This document shows, one piece after another, positions 57,164-64,000 of a DNA stretch of 64,000 bases (its first letter is position 1; each line of letters begins with the position of its first letter). The stretch spans positions 1 through 64,000 of IMG/VR virus record IMGVR_UViG_3300014204_000137; one strand, given 5' to 3'. The stretch comes from a virus (lineage: Duplodnaviria; Caudoviricetes). Under the pieces are notes generated by a model, which made no database searches, was not told the DNA's origin, and saw nothing but the letters and a program-made list of their open reading frames with translations. Position numbers and translations under genes: made by a program.

Positions 57164-57422
57164 TTCTTTAAAAGATCAAATCACGTATCTTGCCAACTCT
57201 ACTAAAATACCAGGCATGGATAGAGCAGACGTTAAGCAAGAGATTATCTTAAACATTATCATCGACTTCAACAAACTTCCAGAAGCTGATAGAGACAAGT
57301 ATAAAGAGGGATGGTGGTTTAAACGTATGAAGTGGTTTGTAACGAATCTAGCTATCAAAGAAAGTAAGGAGCCCGTCAACCGCTCAATACGATTGGAGAG
57401 TTTAGGAGATGCAGGAAAGTAG
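57141..57422 (+). CDS. Sigma-factor region-2-like fragment
   Basis: IPGMDRADVKQE...WF..M. Confidence 0.55.
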   Translation: MTIEQLLDSLKDQITYLANSTKIPGMDRADVKQEIILNIIIDFNKLPEADRDKYKEGWWFKRMKWFVTNLAIKESKEPVNRSIRLESLGDAGK

Positions 57423-57696
57423 AGAAGACTCACCAGTTAGAGATTTAACTGCTGAGGACATATTATCATGCTTATCTAAAAGTGGCGGGATACACGAGAA
57501 AATGGATCTCGAATTTATGGTAGATGAGATCAGTAAAAAATTAACTCGTAGACAAGCTATCATATTGAGATTATTACTGATAGAAGAAGTTACCCAAACT
57601 GAAGTAGGTAAGATGTTGGGATTTAGTGCTCCCACAATATGTTTAGAGATGAAGAAGATTAGGGAAATCATCACAAGTATAATAGTAAATAAATAA
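57409..57696 (+). CDS. Sigma-factor region-4-like HTH fragment
   Basis: LTRRQAIILRL..EEVTQTEVGKMLGFS..TI. Confidence 0.7.
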   Translation: MQESREDSPVRDLTAEDILSCLSKSGGIHEKMDLEFMVDEISKKLTRRQAIILRLLLIEEVTQTEVGKMLGFSAPTICLEMKKIREIITSIIVNK

Positions 57697-57717
57697 GACA
57701 TTACTATGTTTTTACTT
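57686..57717 (+). promoter_or_regulatory. Putative late promoter
   Basis: TAAATA (57686) ... TGTTTTTAC (57707). Confidence 0.55.
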
Positions 57718-57733
57718 AGAGAGGAATCTAAGT

Positions 57734-58312
57734 ATGAGTGATTTACGAGATTTAAAAGCGATCGAAAGAAGAAAACAAGTCCGAAAATATATACGTCAAA
57801 GATTGACGCAAGTCGAGATGGCTGAGAAACTTCAAGTAGATGTTACTACTATCTCAGATGATGTAGCAGTTATTCGTAGAGAAAATATTTATAACATACT
57901 ATCTAATAAAGAATTAATAGAAAAAGACACCAAGAGTATCCTAGAGTCTATCAACCAATTAAATGAAATAGACGCAGAATGCTGGAAAATTTACTATGGC
58001 GGTTTTATTATAAAAAAGAAAGATGAAAAAGGTAACCCTATAGACGTAGAAATTCCGCTAGATCCAAAAACAAAATTAGACGCATTATCTCACATAGAGG
58101 CTAATTTAAAACGACGTTGCGAACTCTTGAAATTAATAAGTCCTCAACAGATTACTATAGAGAAGATGGTATACGTAGAAAAAATGATTCCTATTGTAAT
58201 GCAAAAGTATACAGAAATAGTTTTAGAATACGTACCTAAAGAGAAGCAAGTAGAACTTTTAGACAAGTTAATGACAATTGATATTGAAGGAATGACCCTC
58301 GATGGAAAATAA
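57734..58312 (+). CDS. Terminase small subunit (putative)
   Basis: N-terminal HTH (RR..V, TQVEMAEKLQVDVTTISDD); upstream of the large subunit. Confidence 0.65.
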   Translation: MSDLRDLKAIERRKQVRKYIRQRLTQVEMAEKLQVDVTTISDDVAVIRRENIYNILSNKELIEKDTKSILESINQLNEIDAECWKIYYGGFIIKKKDEKGNPIDVEIPLDPKTKLDALSHIEANLKRRCELLKLISPQQITIEKMVYVEKMIPIVMQKYTEIVLEYVPKEKQVELLDKLMTIDIEGMTLDGK

Positions 58313-58976
58313 AGAATTAAGTGATGTACAAGATCAAATAGTTGAACTCAAAAAGAAAGAAGCAGAATTGCTTAAGACTACTAAGGAAAAGTTTTCTGTA
58401 AAAAAGGCTTTAAGTTCTTTTAACATCTTAGATCCAATTGCTTGGATGAAATGGTTTTCGGGAGCATTTAGAACAGTAATAGTTTTAGCTTTAGTAGTAG
58501 CTTTAATATTCAGTGCAGGATACTTTAAGGGAGTAGGAGATAAACCAATTAATGTAGGATATAAAGATTTTACTGCTCAAGTAAAAGCAAAGGATGGTAC
58601 TGTTCATACTGTTTCAGTTAAAGGAGGAATACTTTACTTTGATAAGCAAGTTGTGCATGGACATGATGTTAAAGAGTTGGAACAGTTTGGAATTAAAATA
58701 CGTCCCAAAGTATTTTTTGGAATGGGTACTGCTTTAGAACCAGAAATAGGGGCGGGATTTCAATTACTCAAGTATCAGAAATTTAATTTAGATCTCTTTG
58801 GAACTCAAAAGGCTTTATATGTAGGAGTTTCTTACGACTTAGATTTTAGTGGTACTGCAGGTACGCTTATTCAAAATTCTAGTGTAGGTATTGCTGTAGG
58901 AAAGTCTTGGAACAGCATGTTCGGAGATGACACCAACGACAACAGAGTTTTATTGTATTGGTCAGTAAAGTTTTAG
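58302..58976 (+). CDS. Membrane protein: TM helix plus amphipathic beta-strand C-terminus ending in Phe
   Basis: VIVLALVVALIFSAGY; ...YVGVSYD...VGIAVG...VLLYWSVKF. Confidence 0.6.
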   Translation: MENKELSDVQDQIVELKKKEAELLKTTKEKFSVKKALSSFNILDPIAWMKWFSGAFRTVIVLALVVALIFSAGYFKGVGDKPINVGYKDFTAQVKAKDGTVHTVSVKGGILYFDKQVVHGHDVKELEQFGIKIRPKVFFGMGTALEPEIGAGFQLLKYQKFNLDLFGTQKALYVGVSYDLDFSGTAGTLIQNSSVGIAVGKSWNSMFGDDTNDNRVLLYWSVKF

Positions 58977-58979
58977 GAG

Positions 58980-59537
58980 ATGAGTATGTTTAATAAAAAT
59001 GGTAAGGAGTATGATCAAGAGAAAATTATAGAATTGACGATCAGAAATTTAGAAGCAGCTATACACCTGTACGAGTACTCACACAGTCTTCTTATGTTAA
59101 CTAGCAGCAATGCGTCAATTTCTACTCTACTCTTGGCAGATTACGCTACCATATATCTTTATCAAATTTTAGGAATGGCTCCAGATAAAATTAATAAAAT
59201 AAGAGTAGTATTGGAACGAGAGCACGATCAAATCATTAATAACCTCTCTCAAGGAAAGAAAGTAGATCCTACACCATTATCTGGAAAGTTTGAAGAATCG
59301 AAAGAAGAGTTAAAGAGATTAGGTATTAACTTTGATCTTCAGATGGGTGATTACTTTACTAATAAGGAGAAGGAAGATTCAAAATCTCCAACTAAAGATC
59401 CAACAATGCCTAAATTAACAAAAGCACAAATAGATAAAATTATATCGGATAACGCCGACAAAGCCTTAGATGAATACCTTAGAAAGAAAAAGGAGAGAGA
59501 AAATGGATCTCACGGATCCCAAAGCACTCAAAGTTAG
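58980..59537 (+). CDS. Hypothetical protein
   Basis: 185-aa ORF. Confidence 0.65.
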   Translation: MSMFNKNGKEYDQEKIIELTIRNLEAAIHLYEYSHSLLMLTSSNASISTLLLADYATIYLYQILGMAPDKINKIRVVLEREHDQIINNLSQGKKVDPTPLSGKFEESKEELKRLGINFDLQMGDYFTNKEKEDSKSPTKDPTMPKLTKAQIDKIISDNADKALDEYLRKKKERENGSHGSQSTQS

Positions 59538-60069
59538 TAGGACCTTTTCTTTTGACGAGTTTAAACAGAAGTTAGATGCAAAAGAGAAATGGTCTAGCGA
59601 ACATCCCATTCAAGCATTTATCATAGATCTTCCTTGGAAAGTATATAGAGGTTGGCATGAGTACGTAGTACTACTACCGAGAAAGATCAAATGGTTTATT
59701 CAAAGAGGACGTAGAGGTTATTGCGATTGCGATGTATGGAATATGAACAACCACATCTGCGATGTTATTATAGGAATGGTAAAGAAACTTCAAAAAAATA
59801 AGATGGGTTGGCCTAGTTGTCTTGGAACAGAAGACGAAGGACAACAGAAGTGGAACTCAATCTTAGAGAAAATACTTAAGGGATTCGAGTTAAAGAGAGA
59901 TGTAATCAATATGGATGCAATACCCTTCATAGAAGGAGATTCAAATAATGAAGCGTATAGAAAGTCTATGGAAGGTTATGGAGTAAGATTCATATCAAAG
60001 GAAGAGACAGCAGAGATGAACGAAGGATTAAAACTCTTCATAGAATACTTAGATGCACTATGTGACTAA
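59503..60069 (+). CDS. Hypothetical protein
   Basis: WFIQRGRRGY...DVWN; start 59503 behind aggag. Confidence 0.65.
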   Translation: MDLTDPKALKVSRTFSFDEFKQKLDAKEKWSSEHPIQAFIIDLPWKVYRGWHEYVVLLPRKIKWFIQRGRRGYCDCDVWNMNNHICDVIIGMVKKLQKNKMGWPSCLGTEDEGQQKWNSILEKILKGFELKRDVINMDAIPFIEGDSNNEAYRKSMEGYGVRFISKEETAEMNEGLKLFIEYLDALCD

Positions 60070-60403
60070 TAGAATGAGAAACAATAAGAATTTACAAAGA
60101 TACGAGAAACCATTTAAGGAAGAGACTTGCAAGAATTGTGGAAAGTGTTGCCACTACAAGATAAGGTTTATGGGAAAGGTCTACATCGACTTAAGCAAGC
60201 CTTGTGAGTACCTAGATACAAAAACAAATAAGTGTACAGTTTATGAGAGACGATTAGAGACACAACCACTATGTCTACCACTAAGAGTAGCAATAGATAA
60301 TGAGGTAATGCCGAAGGATTGCGGATACATAGTAGAATGGAAAGAAGCTGGCCTACCATATAAAGACCCTATTATAGTAGATAAGATGGAATTTCGTCCC
60401 TAA
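60053..60403 (+). CDS. YkgJ/CxxCxxCC cysteine-cluster protein
   Basis: CKNCGKCC, CEYLD...KCTVYE.R, C. Confidence 0.8.
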   Translation: MHYVTNRMRNNKNLQRYEKPFKEETCKNCGKCCHYKIRFMGKVYIDLSKPCEYLDTKTNKCTVYERRLETQPLCLPLRVAIDNEVMPKDCGYIVEWKEAGLPYKDPIIVDKMEFRP

Positions 60404-60442
60404 ACGCATGGATATATTAATATTTATATATAAGAGGAAGAG

Positions 60443-62236
60443 ATGAACAAAGAAGGCAGTAATCCGAAGATAGACCATCCAACGAATCTATTCAGAGATA
60501 GCCTACTAAAGCTACGTAACGAGCTCACAGACACCAGCCTATGGATAAGAGAAGATGAGAATACTGCGCCCGTAGCGCCTCCTATGCCTAGTGTCTTCTT
60601 CGAGAAATGGTTAGGCACTCCTGCATCACCTATACAGGCAGAGGCAATAGATACGATATTGGTGGAAAGCGACGGGAAAGGAGAACCGCAGTGGCGCTTC
60701 GATAAATTTAATGAAGCGTATCTACTATGGGGAGAGGGATCAGGAAAGGACTGGACCAGCAGTCGTCTAATGTGTTACGCACTAGTATGGCTAACCCATT
60801 TGAAGAACCCCCAAGCATACTTCGGCCTGACAGATCCAAAGGCTCCTATCGAAATGGTTAACGTATCCTTCGACGAGGATCAAGCTTTGTATGTATATTT
60901 TAAAGAGTTAAAGAAAGCGATGGCATCTACGATAGATCCACGAGATGGGAAGAACTGGTTTGAGAAGAGAGGTGTGAAGGTAAAGGAATCATCCAAACAG
61001 CAAGTAATTGAGTTACCCCACTTCATCACATGCTACTCACTAAACAGTAGGGAACACAAGATTGAAGGTAAAGGTACACTACTAGCAGTCTTTGACGAAA
61101 TGGCAGTATTCAAAACAGACAAGGCAAAGGACCTCTTCGACAACGTTATATCAAACCAGCGCACCAGATTTGCAAGAGCGCACAAATTTATAGCACTATC
61201 TTATAAGAGAGACGACTACGACTACATGATGGTAAGGTGGGACGAGACTAAGGACGACCCTAGCGTGTACAGAAGTCAGAAGTGTACTTGGGAAGTAAAT
61301 CCTAGAGTCAAGAGAGAAGACTTGCAGAAGAGTTATGATGAGAACCCCGAGGAAGCAGAGAGAAGGTTTGAATGTAAGGGATCAACATCCAAGACAGGAT
61401 ACTTCAAGTACAAAGAGAAGATTAAGGAGAACGTCAACAAGAAGAGGATCAGCCCAGTAGTAGAGGAAACAATTCCTATTAGAGATATCTTAGGGATCAA
61501 GTTTCATGAATGGTTTGTAGGTAATGAGAACTACTCCTACAAGGCTCATATCGATTTAGCTAAAGGTAAAGATACTCAAGGTGAGAAAGCTGACTGTGCT
61601 GGATTTGTTATGGGTCACGTAGAAGGAACAGAAGATGAAGACAAACCTAAGGTAGTAGTTGATCTGATGATGCAATTGAAGGCACCCCCAGGTAAGGAAA
61701 TCATCTTCGAAGACATTAGAGCACTCATCTATAGTTTACAGCAGCACAACAAGTTTATGATTGAGGAAGTAACTCTTGACGGATACCAGTCAACCGACTT
61801 TATGCAAATACTTAGGAACAAAGGAATAGCAAGTGAACTACTCTCAGTAGACAAAGACGTAAGTGCATACGATACCATGAAGTCTCTCATATATAATAAT
61901 CGGCTAGATTACTATTGGTACCCAGTATACATTCGTGAATGTGAAGAGTTGCAATTGATAAATGGTAAAGTAGACCACCCTGAGATATCTAGACGGAGAG
62001 CTTTAGAAGAGAAAGACGATAAAGGAAGTAAGGACGTGAGTGATGGAGTTGCTGCCTTATGCCAAAGTCTACTAACTCGTAAGGGAGCAAACAAACCTAG
62101 AATGAAATGGATGCCTCTTGAAGGTGGTACTGGATTTGGAGGCAAACCTAACATACTTACTAGGGATCCAAATGCAAGAGAATATGGATCAGCCTACGAT
62201 ACAAAAGATACAGGAGTAGAAGACGATGACGATTAG
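60443..62236 (+). CDS. terL: Terminase large subunit
   Basis: WGEGSGKD (Walker A), AVFDE (Walker B), TWEVNP, HIDLA, DGYQS, KVDHP, KDVSDG. Confidence 0.9.
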   Translation: MNKEGSNPKIDHPTNLFRDSLLKLRNELTDTSLWIREDENTAPVAPPMPSVFFEKWLGTPASPIQAEAIDTILVESDGKGEPQWRFDKFNEAYLLWGEGSGKDWTSSRLMCYALVWLTHLKNPQAYFGLTDPKAPIEMVNVSFDEDQALYVYFKELKKAMASTIDPRDGKNWFEKRGVKVKESSKQQVIELPHFITCYSLNSREHKIEGKGTLLAVFDEMAVFKTDKAKDLFDNVISNQRTRFARAHKFIALSYKRDDYDYMMVRWDETKDDPSVYRSQKCTWEVNPRVKREDLQKSYDENPEEAERRFECKGSTSKTGYFKYKEKIKENVNKKRISPVVEETIPIRDILGIKFHEWFVGNENYSYKAHIDLAKGKDTQGEKADCAGFVMGHVEGTEDEDKPKVVVDLMMQLKAPPGKEIIFEDIRALIYSLQQHNKFMIEEVTLDGYQSTDFMQILRNKGIASELLSVDKDVSAYDTMKSLIYNNRLDYYWYPVYIRECEELQLINGKVDHPEISRRRALEEKDDKGSKDVSDGVAALCQSLLTRKGANKPRMKWMPLEGGTGFGGKPNILTRDPNAREYGSAYDTKDTGVEDDDD

Positions 62237-62465
62237 AATAAAATGTGAGAGACTTACTCAATCTCAATGGAACGATCCACTAGACTTTAAAGGTTGTGGT
62301 AAGTATAGGAAACACAGAAATCATAAAGTACGTACAGTTAAGAGTCATCAATGTGATGAAGGAGAAGGACGCTGTATAGATACCTTCGACGTAATCAGCG
62401 ATGGAAACGTTTCTAGAAGGTTAAGTGAGTACAGAGATATGATGGGAGAAGGAAATGATAGTTGA
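62226..62465 (+). CDS. Hypothetical protein
   Basis: 79-aa coupled ORF. Confidence 0.5.
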   Translation: MTIRIKCERLTQSQWNDPLDFKGCGKYRKHRNHKVRTVKSHQCDEGEGRCIDTFDVISDGNVSRRLSEYRDMMGEGNDS

Positions 62466-62841
62466 GAAGTTAAAATTATTTATTCCTTACATACTCATAC
62501 GATCTAAATACATCTATGATGGGAGTTGCGAATTATATAAAGTTCCTCTACATAGCGATGGTTTCTATAGTCCAGGTAAATTTTCTTGTGAATTACGTAG
62601 CGTAATCTTAATAAGAAAAGAATTATCAAAATGGAAGAAATACTACACTATATTTCATGAATTGGGTCATCACCTAATATGGATAGTAGGGGGAAGAAGT
62701 AAAATCATGTACATATTTCATATCATATGGGATCTAATAGGAGTAGTATTTAAGGCAGTATTAGAAATGATTCTGACGATAATTCGAAACACTAAAGAAT
62801 ATTTTGTAGTCTATAAAAAGTTATTGAGGTATAATAATTAA
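62455..62841 (+). CDS. HExxH metallopeptidase-like protein (ImmA/IrrE-like)
   Basis: GFY, TIFHELGH. Confidence 0.6.
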   Translation: MIVEKLKLFIPYILIRSKYIYDGSCELYKVPLHSDGFYSPGKFSCELRSVILIRKELSKWKKYYTIFHELGHHLIWIVGGRSKIMYIFHIIWDLIGVVFKAVLEMILTIIRNTKEYFVVYKKLLRYNN

Positions 62842-62881
62842 TGTCTAGTACATATATGAGTAAACGATCGGTTGTAGATAG

Positions 62882-62933
62882 TAAGGTAACTCTAGCACAT
62901 CCAGCTTTCCCAGTTGGGTGTGCTAGTACCTTA
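62882..62933 (+). other. Long intergenic hairpin
   Basis: taaggta/tacctta plus ctagcacatccagct/agttgggtgtgctag (G-U allowed), ttccc loop. Confidence 0.65.
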
Positions 62934-62946
62934 ATGGAGAAACGAC

Positions 62947-63168
62947 GTGGGAATATTTCGCTGTCATAAATGTCATACAGACATTTTAATGTTTGATGAG
63001 AAAGCTATAAGAGAAGACAACTCAGGGATATTAAGATCGCAGTGGTTCAAGTCTATCCAAAGTAACACTCCAGACCCAAAACCGCAAACCAAACCTGAAT
63101 GTCCAATCTGCAAAACTAATTTATATTTAGCTTTGTGCGAACTCTGTAAAATCCTACGCTTAAAATAA
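62947..63168 (+). CDS. Zn-ribbon hypothetical protein
   Basis: CHKC..CPIC. Confidence 0.6.
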   Translation: MGIFRCHKCHTDILMFDEKAIREDNSGILRSQWFKSIQSNTPDPKPQTKPECPICKTNLYLALCELCKILRLK

Positions 63169-63182
63169 TTTTTATTTTGCTC

Positions 63183-63211
63183 TTGATTTTTCTGCAATTG
63201 TAACATATAAT
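63183..63211 (+). promoter_or_regulatory. Sigma70-type early promoter
   Basis: TTGATT-17-TATAAT; 63200-63232 is identical to 27354-27386. Confidence 0.85.
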
Positions 63212-63243
63212 TATATTGTAGAGAAGAAAGAGGAGAAGAGAAA

Positions 63244-63438
63244 ATGAAAAATTACGATATAAGGTTCGAAGAGCAAAAGAAAGCGATTGCGATCTACTTA
63301 AGTAGGTGTGCAGTGGGAGAAGTAGATAGTGCAGTCAAGCTAGGAACTTATAAAGTACTCTACGATGGAAAGGTTTATAAGTTCGGAAGAGACAATTCGA
63401 TAGTGAGAACATTTCACGCTGATACGCTAGTTAAATAA
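63244..63438 (+). CDS. Small early protein
   Basis: RBS aggag; follows the promoter. Confidence 0.65.
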   Translation: MKNYDIRFEEQKKAIAIYLSRCAVGEVDSAVKLGTYKVLYDGKVYKFGRDNSIVRTFHADTLVK

Positions 63439-63450
63439 AAGGAAACTCAC

Positions 63451-63618
63451 ATGAGTCAGATGACTAGAGAAGAGATGGTAGTAGCACTACTAGTAAATGT
63501 CCTTCGCCAAAATTCTCATAGGAAGGATGCTTACAAGATAGTCTATGAAGAGAAGGAACGCCTTGAAAAGAAATCAACACTAGAACTTCAGAATATGCTG
63601 TTGATCAACTGTTTCTAA
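63451..63618 (+). CDS. Small early protein, not in the ORF track
   Basis: MSQMTREEMVV..., 55 aa, RBS aagga. Confidence 0.55.
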   Translation: MSQMTREEMVVALLVNVLRQNSHRKDAYKIVYEEKERLEKKSTLELQNMLLINCF

Positions 63619-63628
63619 GGAGATACAT

Positions 63629-63841
63629 ATGACGACCTTCAAAACAAAAGCTAGTAGGAGTTGTGAAGTCAACTTGGGAGAAGAGACATTCCAAGGATGG
63701 ATCAAAAAGGGGCAAATCTCAATCCACTTCGCAATCATGAGTGGAGGAAAAGAAATCGACTTGAGTGTTTGGTCTCCGATAGGATCAAAAGTGAAGAAGA
63801 AGGTTTACAAGTATAGGTCGTTCCAAAACAGGGAGATATAA
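63629..63841 (+). CDS. Small early protein
   Basis: RBS aaggag. Confidence 0.6.
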   Translation: MTTFKTKASRSCEVNLGEETFQGWIKKGQISIHFAIMSGGKEIDLSVWSPIGSKVKKKVYKYRSFQNREI

Positions 63842-64000
63842 ATGAAGAGAATGACTCTAGTAGAGTTCAAGAAGGAGTTGGAAGTAATAAAAGAGTACTC
63901 ACAAAAGAAGATAGACGAGTTTACAGCTAGATTTAAAGAACATCAAGTCTACGCTATGACTTGGAGCGACAGTCTTTTCGAAGCGGTAACAAGAAAGAGT
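63842..64000 (+). CDS. Small early protein, 3'-truncated
   Basis: ATG 63842 behind gggag; frame open to the window end. Confidence 0.55.
   Translation, partial: MKRMTLVEFKKELEVIKEYSQKKIDEFTARFKEHQVYAMTWSDSLFEAVTRKS

Noticed and set aside
58974-58982. In-frame TAG between 58302..58976 and 58980..59537
   Set aside because: The TAG is part of an AGGAG ribosome-binding site for the next gene, and the upstream protein ends in a plausible terminal Phe signal
14070-59537. Genome-wide TAG reassignment (genetic code 15)
   Set aside because: Long genes are intact in code 11 with high coding density; other TAG stops (27669, 39739, 45629, 57422) do not lead into plausible in-frame continuations; no suppressor tRNA seen
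62841-62969. tRNA gene or 42-aa ORF over the hairpin
   Set aside because: No cloverleaf or T-loop motif; the ORF lacks an RBS and overlaps the next gene
1015-63206. Minus-strand ORFs in the track (e.g. 15018..15848, 47535..48014)
   Set aside because: All overlap well-supported + strand genes and show no recognisable motifs
1-64000. Prophage/lysogeny module or host DNA
   Set aside because: No integrase, CI-type repressor, att-like site or host operon recognised; recA, clpP, deoC and que genes are embedded in phage operons under phage promoter motifs

Overview
This 64-kb window is a large part of a low-GC, tailed dsDNA bacteriophage genome, probably lytic and siphovirus-like. No integrase, sheath, portal, endolysin or tRNA was recognised in the window. 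Essentially all genes are on the + strand in the standard code. Gene order: collagen and LamG fibre genes (1-2.8 kb); MuF head protein and two multi-domain effector-like proteins (2.8-8.4 kb); HK97-type protease/scaffold, capsid, neck, tail tube, chaperones, tape measure and tail tip (8.4-27.2 kb); an early island behind repeated sigma70 promoters (27.3-31 kb); a sigma factor, primase-helicase, and a 7-deazaguanine (preQ0) and nucleotide-pool cluster that encloses a UDG-PolA polymerase (31-45 kb); recombination genes including a split Rad50 (45-53 kb); a second nucleotide/transport cluster, ClpP and a split sigma factor (53-57.7 kb); terminase subunits and a second early island (57.7-64 kb). 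Best candidates for undescribed biology: (1) a complete preQ0 pathway (FolE2, QueD, QueE, QueC) with no recognisable DpdA transglycosylase. Instead it sits with a phosphoribosyltransferase, two deoxyribosyltransferase/N-glycosidase proteins, HD/MazG-like/dUTPase enzymes, DeoC and a folate-biopterin-type transporter, suggesting deazaguanine may enter DNA through the dNTP pool. (2) A head-module cassette system of nucleotidyltransferase, methyltransferase, ADP-ribosyltransferase and kinase domains carried on dead ligase domains, delimited by an identical 32-bp repeat and putative prohead-protease cut sites. Also notable: in-frame UAG linkage of the tail chaperones, Rad50 split by an inserted gene, and three promoter classes. 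All family assignments come from reading motifs by eye; no searches were run, and genes outside the window are unknown.
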